From: Flavobacteriales bacterium
Lineage (GTDB): Bacteria; Bacteroidota; Bacteroidia; Flavobacteriales_F; PHOS-HE28
Length of the DNA stretch: 64,000 nt
NCBI GenBank assembly: GCA_020635675.1
Contig: JACJZJ010000004.1
Span: forward strand, 271,044-335,043
Reading direction: 5' to 3'
Shown: positions 1 to 10,200 of the stretch, piece after piece
How the letters are laid out: every line of letters begins with the position of its first letter
How positions within the stretch are numbered: the first letter of the stretch is position 1
The notes under the pieces: generated by a model
The model's database searches: none
What the model saw: only the letters and a program-made list of their open reading frames with translations
Told to the model about the DNA's origin: nothing
Program-made: the position numbers and the translations under genes

Positions 1-736
1 CTCCATCGTACCGGTGCGCAGGGAACCCGGCGACCGCAGCGAGATGGTCTCGCAATGGCTCTTCGGCGAAACGGGTGAACGCATCGAACAACGCGACGGA
101 TGGTCGCTGGTGAAGTTCGACCACGATGGCTATGCCGGCTGGGTGGACGACAAGCAGGTGCTCGCCTGCGACACTCCGAACTACGACCCCGACCTGCGCG
201 TGATCGATCAGACCACGATCCTGGACCTCGGCGATCGTCAGGTGCTCCTCCCCTATGGTGGCGTGCTGCCCTTCTACGCGGACGGCGCGATCCTCTGGGG
301 CGAGCGACGCATACCGGTCAAGGCGGTGACCAACCAGCGTGCGGATGGTGAGCGGGCCGAACTCCTGGACCTCTACCTCCATCCGTTCCTAGGGGCGCCC
401 TATCTCTGGGGTGGCCGAACGCCCGGTGGCGTCGATTGCAGCGGGATGGTGCAGATGCTCTTCATCCTGATGGGCATCTATCTGCCGCGCGACGCCCACC
501 AGCAGGCCGAGGAGGGCGATGCCGTGGAACTGGTCGACCTCGCCGTACCCGGGGACCTTGCGTTCTTCGACAACGACGAGGGCCGCATCACCCATGTCGG
601 CATCGTGCTCCCCGACCACCGCATCGCCCACGCCAGCGGTCGCGTTCGCATCGACAAGCTGGACCATCAGGGGATCTTCGATGCGGAGCGCCAACGGTAT
701 TCGCACCGACTGCGGCTGATCCGGCGCGTGCTGTAG
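1..736 (+). CDS. NlpC/P60 (C40) cell-wall peptidase with bacterial SH3-like N-terminal region; 5' partial (frame open to window start)
   Basis: Catalytic Cys motif YLWGGRTPGGVDCSGMVQ. Downstream conserved His (ITHVGIVL, RIAHAS). The SH3b-like stretch is GWSLVKFDHDGYAGWVDD. There is no stop between nt 2 and the GTG at 14. GC3 is high. Confidence 0.85.
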   Translation, partial: SIVPVRREPGDRSEMVSQWLFGETGERIEQRDGWSLVKFDHDGYAGWVDDKQVLACDTPNYDPDLRVIDQTTILDLGDRQVLLPYGGVLPFYADGAILWGERRIPVKAVTNQRADGERAELLDLYLHPFLGAPYLWGGRTPGGVDCSGMVQMLFILMGIYLPRDAHQQAEEGDAVELVDLAVPGDLAFFDNDEGRITHVGIVLPDHRIAHASGRVRIDKLDHQGIFDAERQRYSHRLRLIRRVL

Positions 737-757
737 CCCGTTGGATCCTGTCACGCT

Positions 758-3118
758 TCAGAACCGCAATGTGTATTGCAGCACGGGGAGCAGCCCGAGC
801 TGTGGGACATCCACGATGCGTTGCTTCGTACGGTCGTAGTCCTGGTATACCGTGGTGCTTCCGCCGAGCACGTTCTGCACATCGACCTTGATCTCGTGAC
901 TGGTCTTCGGTCGACCTTCGCGGTAGGCGATCACCACGTCGAGCTTGTGCACCGCGTCCCCTTTCTCGCTCCACGCGGAAGGTGCGTCCACTTCCTCACC
1001 GGCGGCCTGGCTGGCCGCGAGATCGATCGGGGTGCGGTATTGCCCGCCGACCACGGAATACCGGAATCCTGTGGTGAGCACGCGGTCCCTGCCGGCGCGG
1101 CCGAGCTTCCATTCCTTGCCGGCGAGCACGTTGCCCACCACACCCAGATCGAAACGGGAATGGTGCCAATGGCCGTCCAATGCCTTGTATTCGGCGCTGC
1201 TCACCGAGGCAGTGGCCAGGGCATGCCATCCATGGGTGAAGAACTTCTCCACGGACAGTTCCAGACCGGTATTGTGGCCGGTGCCCTTGTTCACCAGATC
1301 ACGCGTGGTGAACCAACCGTCGTAGTTCGCCAGACAGAAACTGCTGTTGGGATCGTTCTCCACCGGCAGGTCATAGAGATACTGGTGGTAGGCTTCGACC
1401 TTCAGTTGGACATCCTCTGCCAGTTGCTGCTCATAGCCCAGGACGATGTGGGCGGCGCGTGACAGTCCCAGGTCGGCGTTGGGTCGGTATGTGGTCCCGT
1501 CCGCATCGACATCCTGCGCGAGGTAGGTCATGATCGTCTCGGTGCGCGAATGGAGACCCGCTCCGAGGCTGATGGCCCGTTCGGGCCGCGGCTGCCAGCG
1601 GACCGCCATGCGCGGCTCGATGCTGGTGCTTCCGTTCAAGGCGTAGTGGAGCGCATGCAGACCACCGGTGACCGTCCATCGTTCGGTCCAACGGTACTTC
1701 CAGCTCGTGAACGCCTGCAGCGTGGTGGCGGCGCCACGGGAATCGAGCTGGGTGACCAGTCGCTGGGCATCAGGCTCCCAGCTTTGGCCATGCATGCGGT
1801 AGTTCTCCACGGAAACGATGATCCCGTTGCGGACCTTCAGGCGCTCGTTCAACCGTGTGTTGAGCACGGTGGTGCCCCGCACGGTCCACTTGTCCAGCGC
1901 GTCGATGGCGCGGTCCTCCAGCGCCCCTTCGCCGGGTGCGGGGTCCTCCTTGTAATCGGTGGAACTCCCGTTCCCGCTCAGGCTGACGGTGGAATAGAGG
2001 TAGTTGTTCTTTCCGATGAGCAGCGTGTGCGTCAGACCGGCCACGCCCATGTAGGATCCGAAGTCGGCCCGGCTGAAGAGCGTATCCTCCACCACACCGC
2101 GATCCTCCTGCAGGATGTGACTGAGGCCACCCAGACCGAAGAGGGAGAAGGTGCCGGCGCGACCTGTCGGAAGGTGCACATGGAAGGCCCCGTCGGTGTA
2201 TTTCGGCACGCCCTGGTAGTCCACGATGCCGGCCTGGTCCAGCAGGGCCAGTGTGGAATAGCGGTAATTGACCAGGTAGGATCCGCCCTGGGCGCCGAGC
2301 GGACCCTCCGCCGTGAGGTCCGTGCCCAGCACACCCGCCTTCAGCGTGTACTCCCGCTTGTGGTCGTTGCCCTTCCGCAGACGCATGTCGAAGACCGCAC
2401 TGGTGGCATTTCCGTAATCCGCCGTGAAGGCCCCGGTGTAGAATTCGGAGTTGTCGATCACATCGCTGTTCAACACATTGATCGGCCCGCCGGTGGATCC
2501 CTCCTCGCTGAAGTGGTTCGGGTTGGGGATCTCCACACCTTCCATGCGCCAGAGCACACCCTTGGGGGAATTGCCACGAACGATGATCGTATTGTCCCCG
2601 GCCGGATCACCCGCCACGCCCGGGAAGGTGCTCACCATGCGGGCGGGATCATTGATGCCCCCGGCGATCCGGGAGGTCTCCTCCACGCTGATCTCCCGTC
2701 CGCTCAACAGGACCATGTCGTTGCGCAATTCGCCCTTCCGGCGGGCATTGGTCACCTCCACCTCCTGCATCTGCACGATGGACTCCTGCAGGCGGAGCTC
2801 CAGCACCGTCTCCTTCGCCGTGTTCACCAGGATGTTCTGAAGCCGTTGCTCCTCGTGGCCGAGCATCCGCACATCGAGGTCGATGCGACCGGCAGGTACA
2901 TCCGCGATGACGAATCGACCGTCCATATCGGTCGTGCCGCCGAGCAGGGGTTCCGATCCCACCACAACGACCGTGGCGCCGAAGAGGGGTTGATGTGTGT
3001 CGAGGTCGACGACCGTGCCGCGTACGGTGCCCTCCGCAACGGCGGGCCGGTCCTGTGCAGAGAGCACGGTCCGGGCGAGCAGCAACGCAATGGTCAGGGT
3101 GGATCGGAAGGGATGCAT
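758..3118 (-). CDS. TonB-dependent outer-membrane receptor (CarbopepD_reg N-domain + plug + 22-strand barrel); no STN domain
   Basis: Signal peptide. The GTVRGTVVD...DMDGRF stretch is the carboxypeptidase-regulatory-like domain. Plug motifs (IIVRGNSP, EGSTGGPINV). C-terminal LQYTLRF with terminal Phe. Confidence 0.88.
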   Translation of the reverse strand: MHPFRSTLTIALLLARTVLSAQDRPAVAEGTVRGTVVDLDTHQPLFGATVVVVGSEPLLGGTTDMDGRFVIADVPAGRIDLDVRMLGHEEQRLQNILVNTAKETVLELRLQESIVQMQEVEVTNARRKGELRNDMVLLSGREISVEETSRIAGGINDPARMVSTFPGVAGDPAGDNTIIVRGNSPKGVLWRMEGVEIPNPNHFSEEGSTGGPINVLNSDVIDNSEFYTGAFTADYGNATSAVFDMRLRKGNDHKREYTLKAGVLGTDLTAEGPLGAQGGSYLVNYRYSTLALLDQAGIVDYQGVPKYTDGAFHVHLPTGRAGTFSLFGLGGLSHILQEDRGVVEDTLFSRADFGSYMGVAGLTHTLLIGKNNYLYSTVSLSGNGSSTDYKEDPAPGEGALEDRAIDALDKWTVRGTTVLNTRLNERLKVRNGIIVSVENYRMHGQSWEPDAQRLVTQLDSRGAATTLQAFTSWKYRWTERWTVTGGLHALHYALNGSTSIEPRMAVRWQPRPERAISLGAGLHSRTETIMTYLAQDVDADGTTYRPNADLGLSRAAHIVLGYEQQLAEDVQLKVEAYHQYLYDLPVENDPNSSFCLANYDGWFTTRDLVNKGTGHNTGLELSVEKFFTHGWHALATASVSSAEYKALDGHWHHSRFDLGVVGNVLAGKEWKLGRAGRDRVLTTGFRYSVVGGQYRTPIDLAASQAAGEEVDAPSAWSEKGDAVHKLDVVIAYREGRPKTSHEIKVDVQNVLGGSTTVYQDYDRTKQRIVDVPQLGLLPVLQYTLRF

Positions 3119-3280
3119 GTGGAGGGCTGTGTTTGGGTTTCCGGGAGTAGGACGGCCATCCCCTGGAATACCCCCATCCGATCGGAAAAGAATTCGTCAC
3201 CCACCGGGACCGGACCCGGGTCGCGGGTATTGGCGGACGCTCCACGTGCGATATCTTCCCTCGATCAAACCCCCTCCATC

Positions 3281-3724
3281 ATGCGCTTCTCCATCCTCTT
3301 CGCCTTCTTCGCCCTGACGGCCGGCGATGGCATGGCCCAGCAATTCAAGGTCGTGACCATCGTGGAAAGCATCATCCCTGCAGGCACCGGCCGGTCGCGG
3401 ATGATCGAATCCACCAGCGACATCGATTCCGAAGCGGCCACCACAGAGCGCACCAACGGCAAGGACAGCGATCAGGGGGACGTGAAACGAGGCGATCTGA
3501 AGGTGGACAACTTCAAGGAGACCAAGCTGCTGAACTTTTTCAGCGTGGTGGGCATCAACTTCCAGAACATCGCCTCCAACGACGCGCTGATCACCGACAA
3601 GATCAACAAGCTGGCCGCCGAGGGCTGGGAGTTGGTCCATGTGGCCAGTGGTGTGGAAAGCGACGCCGGCAAGGATGACGGCCAGGGCATCTTCATCACC
3701 CGGCTGTTCTTCCGCAAGGACTAG
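3281..3724 (+). CDS. small secreted protein with DUF4177-like C-terminus
   Basis: Signal peptide MRFSILFAFFALTA. The C-terminal LAAEGWELVHVAS...GIFITRLFFRK resembles the DUF4177 GWELV motif. GC3 is strongly biased. It is the real tail of the otherwise antisense 724-aa track ORF. Confidence 0.6.
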   Translation: MRFSILFAFFALTAGDGMAQQFKVVTIVESIIPAGTGRSRMIESTSDIDSEAATTERTNGKDSDQGDVKRGDLKVDNFKETKLLNFFSVVGINFQNIASNDALITDKINKLAAEGWELVHVASGVESDAGKDDGQGIFITRLFFRKD

Positions 3725-3732
3725 CGGCCACC

Positions 3733-5655
3733 TCAGAACCGTACCCCGACCCCCGCCCGCCAGCCGACCCAGGCGCGCGTGAGCAGGTCCGTATGCTCCT
3801 GCTGATCGAACGCCCGGTCCGCCGCGAGCGCGGAGAGCCAGGCGTGGGTGTCGGGATCGCGCCAGTTGGAGATGAGCACGTTGAGCACCGGCCCGGCCGA
3901 GACCACGAGCCGGTCCCAGAAGGCATAGCCGTAGGTAAGCTCCAGCCTGCCCACGATGTTCACGGCGTCGACCCAATACCATCCCTCATTGACCTGTTCG
4001 GCGATGAGGGCGATGTCCAGCAGACCACGCCTGCCGATCCGTGGTTCGGTACCGATGCCGTAGTGGAAAGCCCAGGTGCTGTCCTCCCCGACCGGGGGTG
4101 ACCACCCCAGGATGTTGTGGAAGGCACGGGTGCCGGTGCGCAGGGAGAGCGTGAGGGGAAGCACGTCCGTGCTGATGGCGTCCAGGCGGTGATAACCATG
4201 CAGGGCCACGCTCAGTACGCCGATACTGACACCGGTGATCGTGTCGCTGAGATTGATGAAGCCGACCTGCGAGCCTTCGCTGCGCAGGGCGAAGTTCACG
4301 GCGCCCACCTGTCCACCGCGGACCGTGCCGCTGACCGCGTTCACCCCAAAGCTGAACTGGCCGCCGGTGACCTCCCTGGCGTAGTTCGCACCGAAGCCGA
4401 TCTGGCCGCCACCCACCGTACCCAGGGCGGCGTTCATCCCGAGGGTGAACTGCACACCTTCGATGTTCCGCCCGAAGTTGAACCCACCGGAGAACTGGGC
4501 CTTCCGCACATCGCCGAGCGCCACGTTCGCCCCGCCACTGGTCTGTGAACCGTCGACATCGGAAAGTGCGACGTTCACCCCACCGCAGACCTGGGGGCCC
4601 CGCATGCGCCCCTTGGCCACGTTGGCCCCGCCCGCGATCTGCACGCCGGCGAGCGTATCCCAGACGACGTTGGCGAAACCGCCGAGCTGCAGACCCTGCA
4701 GGGAACGCATCGCGTGGTTGATGCCACCGGAGATCTGCGCACCGTGCACCTCACGGCCGACAAGGTTGGCCAGTCCCGCTAGTTGCACACCCCGCACATC
4801 GCGGGTGTCGATGTTCAATCCGAGCCCGATCTCCGCCCCTTCCACACCCCGCGCGAATCCGCAGAACACATTGAAGGAAAAGGTGTTCACCGTGGCGGCA
4901 CCCACTTCGCCGTTCGTGCCCACTCCCGGGACCAATGTCACCTGCCACGGCGCACGATGGACGAAACCGAGGTTGGCGGCCTGGTCGAATTGACCGGCGG
5001 GCACCAGCAGCCGTGCCACGCCGAGATCCTCCACCCCGCACCGATCATGCAGGCAGATCGGCTCCAGACGTTCGACCTTTTCACGCGGGCGGATCGCGAC
5101 GAACAATTCCTGGCCCATATGACCCGGAAACACAACGGTGTCGAGGTATCCCACGCGTGAGAACAGCAAGGCGGCGCCTTCCTCCTCTCCCTTCAGGGTG
5201 AGTTCGAAACGCCCGGACGGCCCGGTGGTGACGCCGTTGGAGCGACGCACCTCCACCACACTGACCCGTCCAAGGGGAACACCGGTATGCGCATCCATGA
5301 CCTGTCCGCTGAGCGGATGTCTGGTGCGGTCCTCGGTGCGCCGCGCCAGGATCAGGTGCTCACCGCTCTCGCGCATGATGATGGCCTCCGGCAGAAGCCC
5401 GCGCATCACCTCATCCACCCGGCCGCCCTGCGCGTTGACGGAGACAAGGCTGTCCTCCGGAAGGATCCGTGAATTGTAGCTGAGCCGGAAACCACCGTCC
5501 AGAGCGACCAGTTCAAGCGCACGCGCCAGACGGACATTGCCCGCCTGCACGGTCACCGTTCGCCGCAGGATGGACTGGGCCGGAAGGGCCGTCACGATCA
5601 GGAGGCCCCCCAGTACCGCCACGAACCATTGCCAACGCTCAACACCCATCGCCAT
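3733..5655 (-). CDS. STN (secretin/TonB N-terminal signalling) domain + CarbopepD_reg domain + 16-residue tandem-repeat (predicted beta-solenoid) protein; lacks TonB plug/barrel
   Basis: Signal peptide. TVTVQAGNVRLARALELV...GFRLSYNSRIL is STN-like. SGQVMDAHTGVPLGRVSV...SGRFEL is CarbopepD_reg. About 14 repeats fit the pattern G-x-Q-h-x-G-G-x-N-x-A-x4 between residues 260 and 485. The C-terminus ends in Phe. It overlaps the fecR stop by 17 nt. Confidence 0.8.
   Translation of the reverse strand: MAMGVERWQWFVAVLGGLLIVTALPAQSILRRTVTVQAGNVRLARALELVALDGGFRLSYNSRILPEDSLVSVNAQGGRVDEVMRGLLPEAIIMRESGEHLILARRTEDRTRHPLSGQVMDAHTGVPLGRVSVVEVRRSNGVTTGPSGRFELTLKGEEEGAALLFSRVGYLDTVVFPGHMGQELFVAIRPREKVERLEPICLHDRCGVEDLGVARLLVPAGQFDQAANLGFVHRAPWQVTLVPGVGTNGEVGAATVNTFSFNVFCGFARGVEGAEIGLGLNIDTRDVRGVQLAGLANLVGREVHGAQISGGINHAMRSLQGLQLGGFANVVWDTLAGVQIAGGANVAKGRMRGPQVCGGVNVALSDVDGSQTSGGANVALGDVRKAQFSGGFNFGRNIEGVQFTLGMNAALGTVGGGQIGFGANYAREVTGGQFSFGVNAVSGTVRGGQVGAVNFALRSEGSQVGFINLSDTITGVSIGVLSVALHGYHRLDAISTDVLPLTLSLRTGTRAFHNILGWSPPVGEDSTWAFHYGIGTEPRIGRRGLLDIALIAEQVNEGWYWVDAVNIVGRLELTYGYAFWDRLVVSAGPVLNVLISNWRDPDTHAWLSALAADRAFDQQEHTDLLTRAWVGWRAGVGVRF
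4203..4878 (-). repeat. in-frame tandem array of ~14 x 48-nt (16-codon) repeats inside the STN-domain gene
   Basis: Protein-level periodicity: GVQLAGLANLVGREVH / GAQISGGINHAMRSLQ / GLQLGGFANVVWDTLA / GVQIAGGANVAKGRMR / GPQVCGGVNVALSDVD and further units. Confidence 0.7.
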
Positions 5656-6598
5656 CGAGGAGGAAGGAGCCGTCCGGGCGATGCTCCACCCGCATGCCGA
5701 AGGTGTTCGCGATCACCTGCAAGACGGCGTCGATCGGTTCGTCCGCGAATGTGGCGGTGAGCCGGCAACGGCCCAGCTCCGGTGATGCGAGCGCGACATG
5801 CACCGAGTAGAGGATCGAAAGCTGTTCCACGACCTGCTCCAGGGGTGCATCATCGAATTGCAGGATCCGCTCTCCCCAACGCTGGAAGGATGCCGAACGC
5901 ATGTGTTCCAGCATGCCCGTGGTCCGACCATAGCGCGCGGTCTCTCCCGCGATCAGCACAACGGTATCCTTCGGCACCACGACCCGGACCCTTCCCGTCC
6001 GCACACGCACCTCGCGGAGGTCGGAGGTATCGTAGGCCGTGACCTCGAACATGGTACCGAGCACCGTGACCTCCATGTCCTGTGCATGCACCACGAAGGG
6101 ATGTTCCGCATCATGTGCCACCTCGAAATAGACCTTGCCCTGGACCTCCACCTCTCGCGTGCGTCCGATCCGTGCGGTGGCCTGTGATCCCTCCGCGAGT
6201 ACCATCCGACTGCTGTCCGGGAGCAGGGTGTCCAGCGAAGCATCGATCGCTGCGAACCGATCGGTGGCAGGTGCAATGAGCAGCCGCACGGCGAAAAAGA
6301 CCCCCGTGAGCACTGCTGCGGCCGCTGCCCAGGGCAGGATCCGCCGCATGCCGATGACCCGACCTCGGCCGGTGCGCATGCGTGCGGAAAGCGTCGCCCA
6401 GGCCTTGTCCACATCCACCTCAGGCGCATCCTCACCATCGGCACCCAGGGACCAAAGCACTTGCATGCGTTGAAGCTCCAATGCATTGTCCGGATGCGAC
6501 GCTGCCCAACGCTCCACCGCGGTGGTGGTGGCGGGATCCGCCTCACCGGCCACGAAGCGCGCCAGCTGTTCGCTCGCTATTTCCCCTTTCCCGTTCAC
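5639..6598 (-). CDS. FecR-family anti-sigma factor (transmembrane sensor)
   Basis: Single TM segment (AAAAVLTGVFFAV). A FecR/DUF4974-like periplasmic domain. Sits immediately downstream of the ECF sigma gene. Confidence 0.85.
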   Translation of the reverse strand: MNGKGEIASEQLARFVAGEADPATTTAVERWAASHPDNALELQRMQVLWSLGADGEDAPEVDVDKAWATLSARMRTGRGRVIGMRRILPWAAAAAVLTGVFFAVRLLIAPATDRFAAIDASLDTLLPDSSRMVLAEGSQATARIGRTREVEVQGKVYFEVAHDAEHPFVVHAQDMEVTVLGTMFEVTAYDTSDLREVRVRTGRVRVVVPKDTVVLIAGETARYGRTTGMLEHMRSASFQRWGERILQFDDAPLEQVVEQLSILYSVHVALASPELGRCRLTATFADEPIDAVLQVIANTFGMRVEHRPDGSFLLDGDGC

Positions 6599-6637
6599 GG
6601 GTCCGCATACCTATGACAAGCATCCCTTTGCATACCC

Positions 6638-7195
6638 CTATCCGTTCCACCACAACAACCAGCCGATCACCGGCAGCAGGTCGGCGAGTTCGGTACGAAG
6701 TGTCTTCAGTGCCTTGCCCATCTGGTTCTCCACGGTCTTCACCGAAATGCCGAGCCGGTCCGCGATCTCGTGGTACTTCAATCCCTCGTAGCGGCTCAGT
6801 TCGAAGACCTTCCGGCGTTCGGTGGGCAGGTCGGCGATCGCGGCCCGGACACGTGCGGCCCGCTCCGCATGGTCCGCCTCATCGACCGCCTCCTCCTGTC
6901 CCTTCTCCTGCACCTCGGAGTGAAGGGGGACCAGCCGTGCGCTTTGCTTCAATGCGGTCAGGCAGCGGTTCCTGACGGCCGTGAAGAGGTATGCCTTCAT
7001 CGAGGTCGTGATGTTCAGCCGGGCGCGGTCCTCCCAGAGCTTGAAGAAGAGCTCCTGGACCAGGTCCTCCGTGCTATCGCGGTCCTTGAGGTACTGATAC
7101 GCGAAGGCGCAGAGCGGTCGGTAGTGCGCCCGGAACAGGGCTTCCATGGCGCTTTCGTCACCGGCGGCGATCCGTTGGAATTCCTCTGCGCTCAT
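6638..7195 (-). CDS. RNA polymerase ECF-type sigma-70 factor
   Basis: Sigma70 region 2 (DLVQELFFKLWE) and a region 4 helix-turn-helix (YEGLKYHEIADRLGISVKTVENQM). Confidence 0.9.
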   Translation of the reverse strand: MSAEEFQRIAAGDESAMEALFRAHYRPLCAFAYQYLKDRDSTEDLVQELFFKLWEDRARLNITTSMKAYLFTAVRNRCLTALKQSARLVPLHSEVQEKGQEEAVDEADHAERAARVRAAIADLPTERRKVFELSRYEGLKYHEIADRLGISVKTVENQMGKALKTLRTELADLLPVIGWLLWWNG

Positions 7196-7220
7196 GAACG
7201 CGGCCGAAGATAGCGGGGCT

Positions 7221-10200
7221 TCAGCGCAGGAGCAGGATCGCGCCCGACTGCGTTCGGACCTCGCCGTCCGCGCCGATCACATCAAGCGCATAGAAATACG
7301 TGCCTTCCACCAGGCGTTCGCCGGAAATGCCACCTCGGCCGTCCCAGGCCACATGGGCAGCCTGTCGTTCGAGAACACGTTCGCCCCACCGGTTGAAGAT
7401 GGACAAGTGCAAGGCGGCGCCATCCGGAGCATCCAATTCGATGATGTCGTTGTTGCCGTCGCCGTTCGGTGAGAACACGTTCGGCACCGCGACCTCACAA
7501 GGACCGAAGGTGACGTTCTGCGTGCCGCTCACTCCACAGCCATCGGCATCGAGCGCCTGGAAGGAATACGCCCCATCCTCCGTAACGGTCAATGTCCCGC
7601 CCAGATCCCCAGTGCTCCAGAGCACGTCGGAGAGGTCATCCGGAAGAACGATGGTGTATGCAGCTCCCGCACAACCCAGGACCGGTTCGAAGTCGATGAC
7701 CAGCCCGGGCAGGACGATCAACGTGTCCATTGCAGGATCCCCATTGCAGCCCGCAAGTTCCGCGACACAGCTGTATACCCCGGCCTCCCAACCGTCCAAG
7801 GGTCCCAGCTCCACGGATGGGCCGAGTATCGTGCCCACGGGCGTGTTCCAAATCGTTCCGGCGCCGGGCTCGACCTCCGCAGTGAGCGTGATCGTGCCAC
7901 CCACGCATGCCTGCCAGGGGCCATCGAGCTGGGGCGGACCGGGGCGGGGGTATACGGTGATCTGGACCGGTACGGGCTGGCCGTTGCAGATCGCGTCGCT
8001 CTGGGACACATAGAAGATCGTGTCGTTGACCAAGGGCCCCACGGTGAGCGGACCGCCCGTGCCGATCGGCTGACCGGATCCCGGATCGGTGAACCATTCG
8101 ATCAGACCGGAGCCCATGGCATCCAGATCCACATGGTCTCCCGCGCATGCACTGGTATCCGACACCGTCAACGGTTGCGCGAACGCATGTTCTTCCACGA
8201 TCACGACATCGCTCGTATCCGCGCAACCCAGATCGTCGAGTACGATCACCTGGTAAGCTCCTGGTCCCGTGACCTGTAGGAACTGGGACGGTACGGCGAC
8301 CGGCTCCCAGAAGTAGAATGCCTGTCCCGGCAGGGCCTCCAACAATGTGGTGTCGCCGGGACACAGGGTGATCGGTCCGGGATCGAGGACCTCCGCATCG
8401 GCCGTTCCGGCAAGGACCGTGATGTGCGCCAGATCCACGATGCCGCATGAAGTGATCGAACAGGTATAGGTGCCCGGGTCGGAGATGACCTGCGACAGGG
8501 CACTACCGGAAAGCGGTGGCAGCCATTGAATGGCCGTGGCAGCGGGTGCCACAACGGTCACGGTGACGAGTTCACCGGCGCAGAGCACATTGTCCTCCAT
8601 ACCCGTGTCCAGGTAAGGCGTGCCGTACTGCCCGGTCATGACGGATGCAGCGCTTACGGCGCACCCCTCGGCACTCACCATGTCCACACCGTATTCGCCC
8701 GGCTCCTGCACGTAGATCGATGCGGACGTATCCGGAAGAACGCCATCCGGCCCGTACCATTGGAATCCGGTCCCGGGCTCCAGCACGGTGAGCAGCACGG
8801 AATCTCCCGGGCAGACCATGCCATCGCTCGGTTGCATGGTGATGGTCGGTGGGAAGGGGGTATCGACGAACACGATACCGGGAGGCGTCGGCCAGCCGCA
8901 GCCGATGCCCTGATCGTAATGCAGGGCCTGGTAGAAGAAAATGCCAGGCAGATCGACCAGCGCGGTATCCGGGGTCCCGAAGACACCCGCCAGATCGGTC
9001 CCCGACCAGATCACGGAATCGCAGTCCATACAATTCGAGAGGAACAGGAGGACCGTATCCCCCTGGCAGATCAGCTGGTCGCTGGGAGGATCGAAGGTGG
9101 GCAGGGTGACACGGAAAACGAAGATGCTGTCCGAGGCGGAGAAGAAATACTGCTCCGACCCGCATGGCGCATTGCTCACGCTGATGTTCACCGTGAACGG
9201 GACCCATCCGTCCGTGAAAGCGCCGACGGACCAGGAGATGGAATCCGATGCGTAGACGGTGCTCGGCAGGCAGCCCAGATCGGTGTTGGCCTGTATGGTG
9301 GTACCGGTCGGCAGGTCCACCGGCACCCCGTTCTCGTACCACGTGATGGTCAGCGTACCTCCCGTGCAGCCGATCAGGTCGCACATCACCACCGAATCCT
9401 GCCCGAGGGGCACCCCCCCGTAATAGAATTGGAAGTCGGCGCCTGTCAGGTCCGGGATATCGAGCGCACCGCCATAGATCGCGGGTATGCTGTTCACCGC
9501 TCCGCATCCGGCCGCATTGAAAACGGAGATGGTATAGAATGCCGTCGTGTCGGCCCAGACCGTATCGCCGGGCACAGGCACGCCGTTGACATACCACTGC
9601 AAGCTGTCCACACCGATCAAGGTCGACGGCCATATGGGAACGGGTGGACCACAGATCTGGATCGGCACTCCCTCGAACAAGGCGACGTCCACGTTGATGC
9701 CCAGACCGTCCGTCAACAACACCGTGGGATACGGGGACACGGTCACGTGCACCGAGTCCGTGAACGCAGGACATCCGCCAGGCACGGTGATGGAACAGCT
9801 GTACCAACCCGTGGATGTGGGCGTGATGGTGGGCGTGGTCTCCCCGGTGTTCCAGTGGAATTCGAGCGCGGGACCATTGTGCGCCGGATGGGGCGTGCCC
9901 GCCTGGGACCATTCCGAGAATGTCTCCACGTTGAGGAATGAGGGTGTTCCTCCCGGTGCGGGGGGATAGCAGATCGTGACCGAGTCCTGGCAAGGCAACA
10001 GGTCGTTCGCGAGAATGCAGGGCGTGAGCGCGTCACGCACGCATGCACCACCCTGTTCGCGTTGCCAGAAGTCGTACGGAGCTCGTCCGTCGACGAACGC
10101 CCTGGCCACGAAACCATCCTGCTGACCGTTCGATGCCAGTGCGTCGAAGGACCCGTACTCCGGATCATCGCAATAGATCGGCAGGCCACCGTTCACGGAT

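Noticed and set aside
1550-3724. 724-aa plus-strand ORF
   Set aside because: It runs antisense to the TonB-dependent receptor for 1.5 kb, with His/Gly/Arg-rich junk and no GC3 bias. Only its last 147 codons, from the ATG at 3281, form a real gene (signal peptide, DUF4177-like).
8526-9993. 471/473-aa ORFs on both strands inside the first giant adhesin gene
   Set aside because: These are typical long spurious frames in 65% GC DNA, with Arg/His/Gly-rich translations. The adhesin frame has the coherent domain structure.
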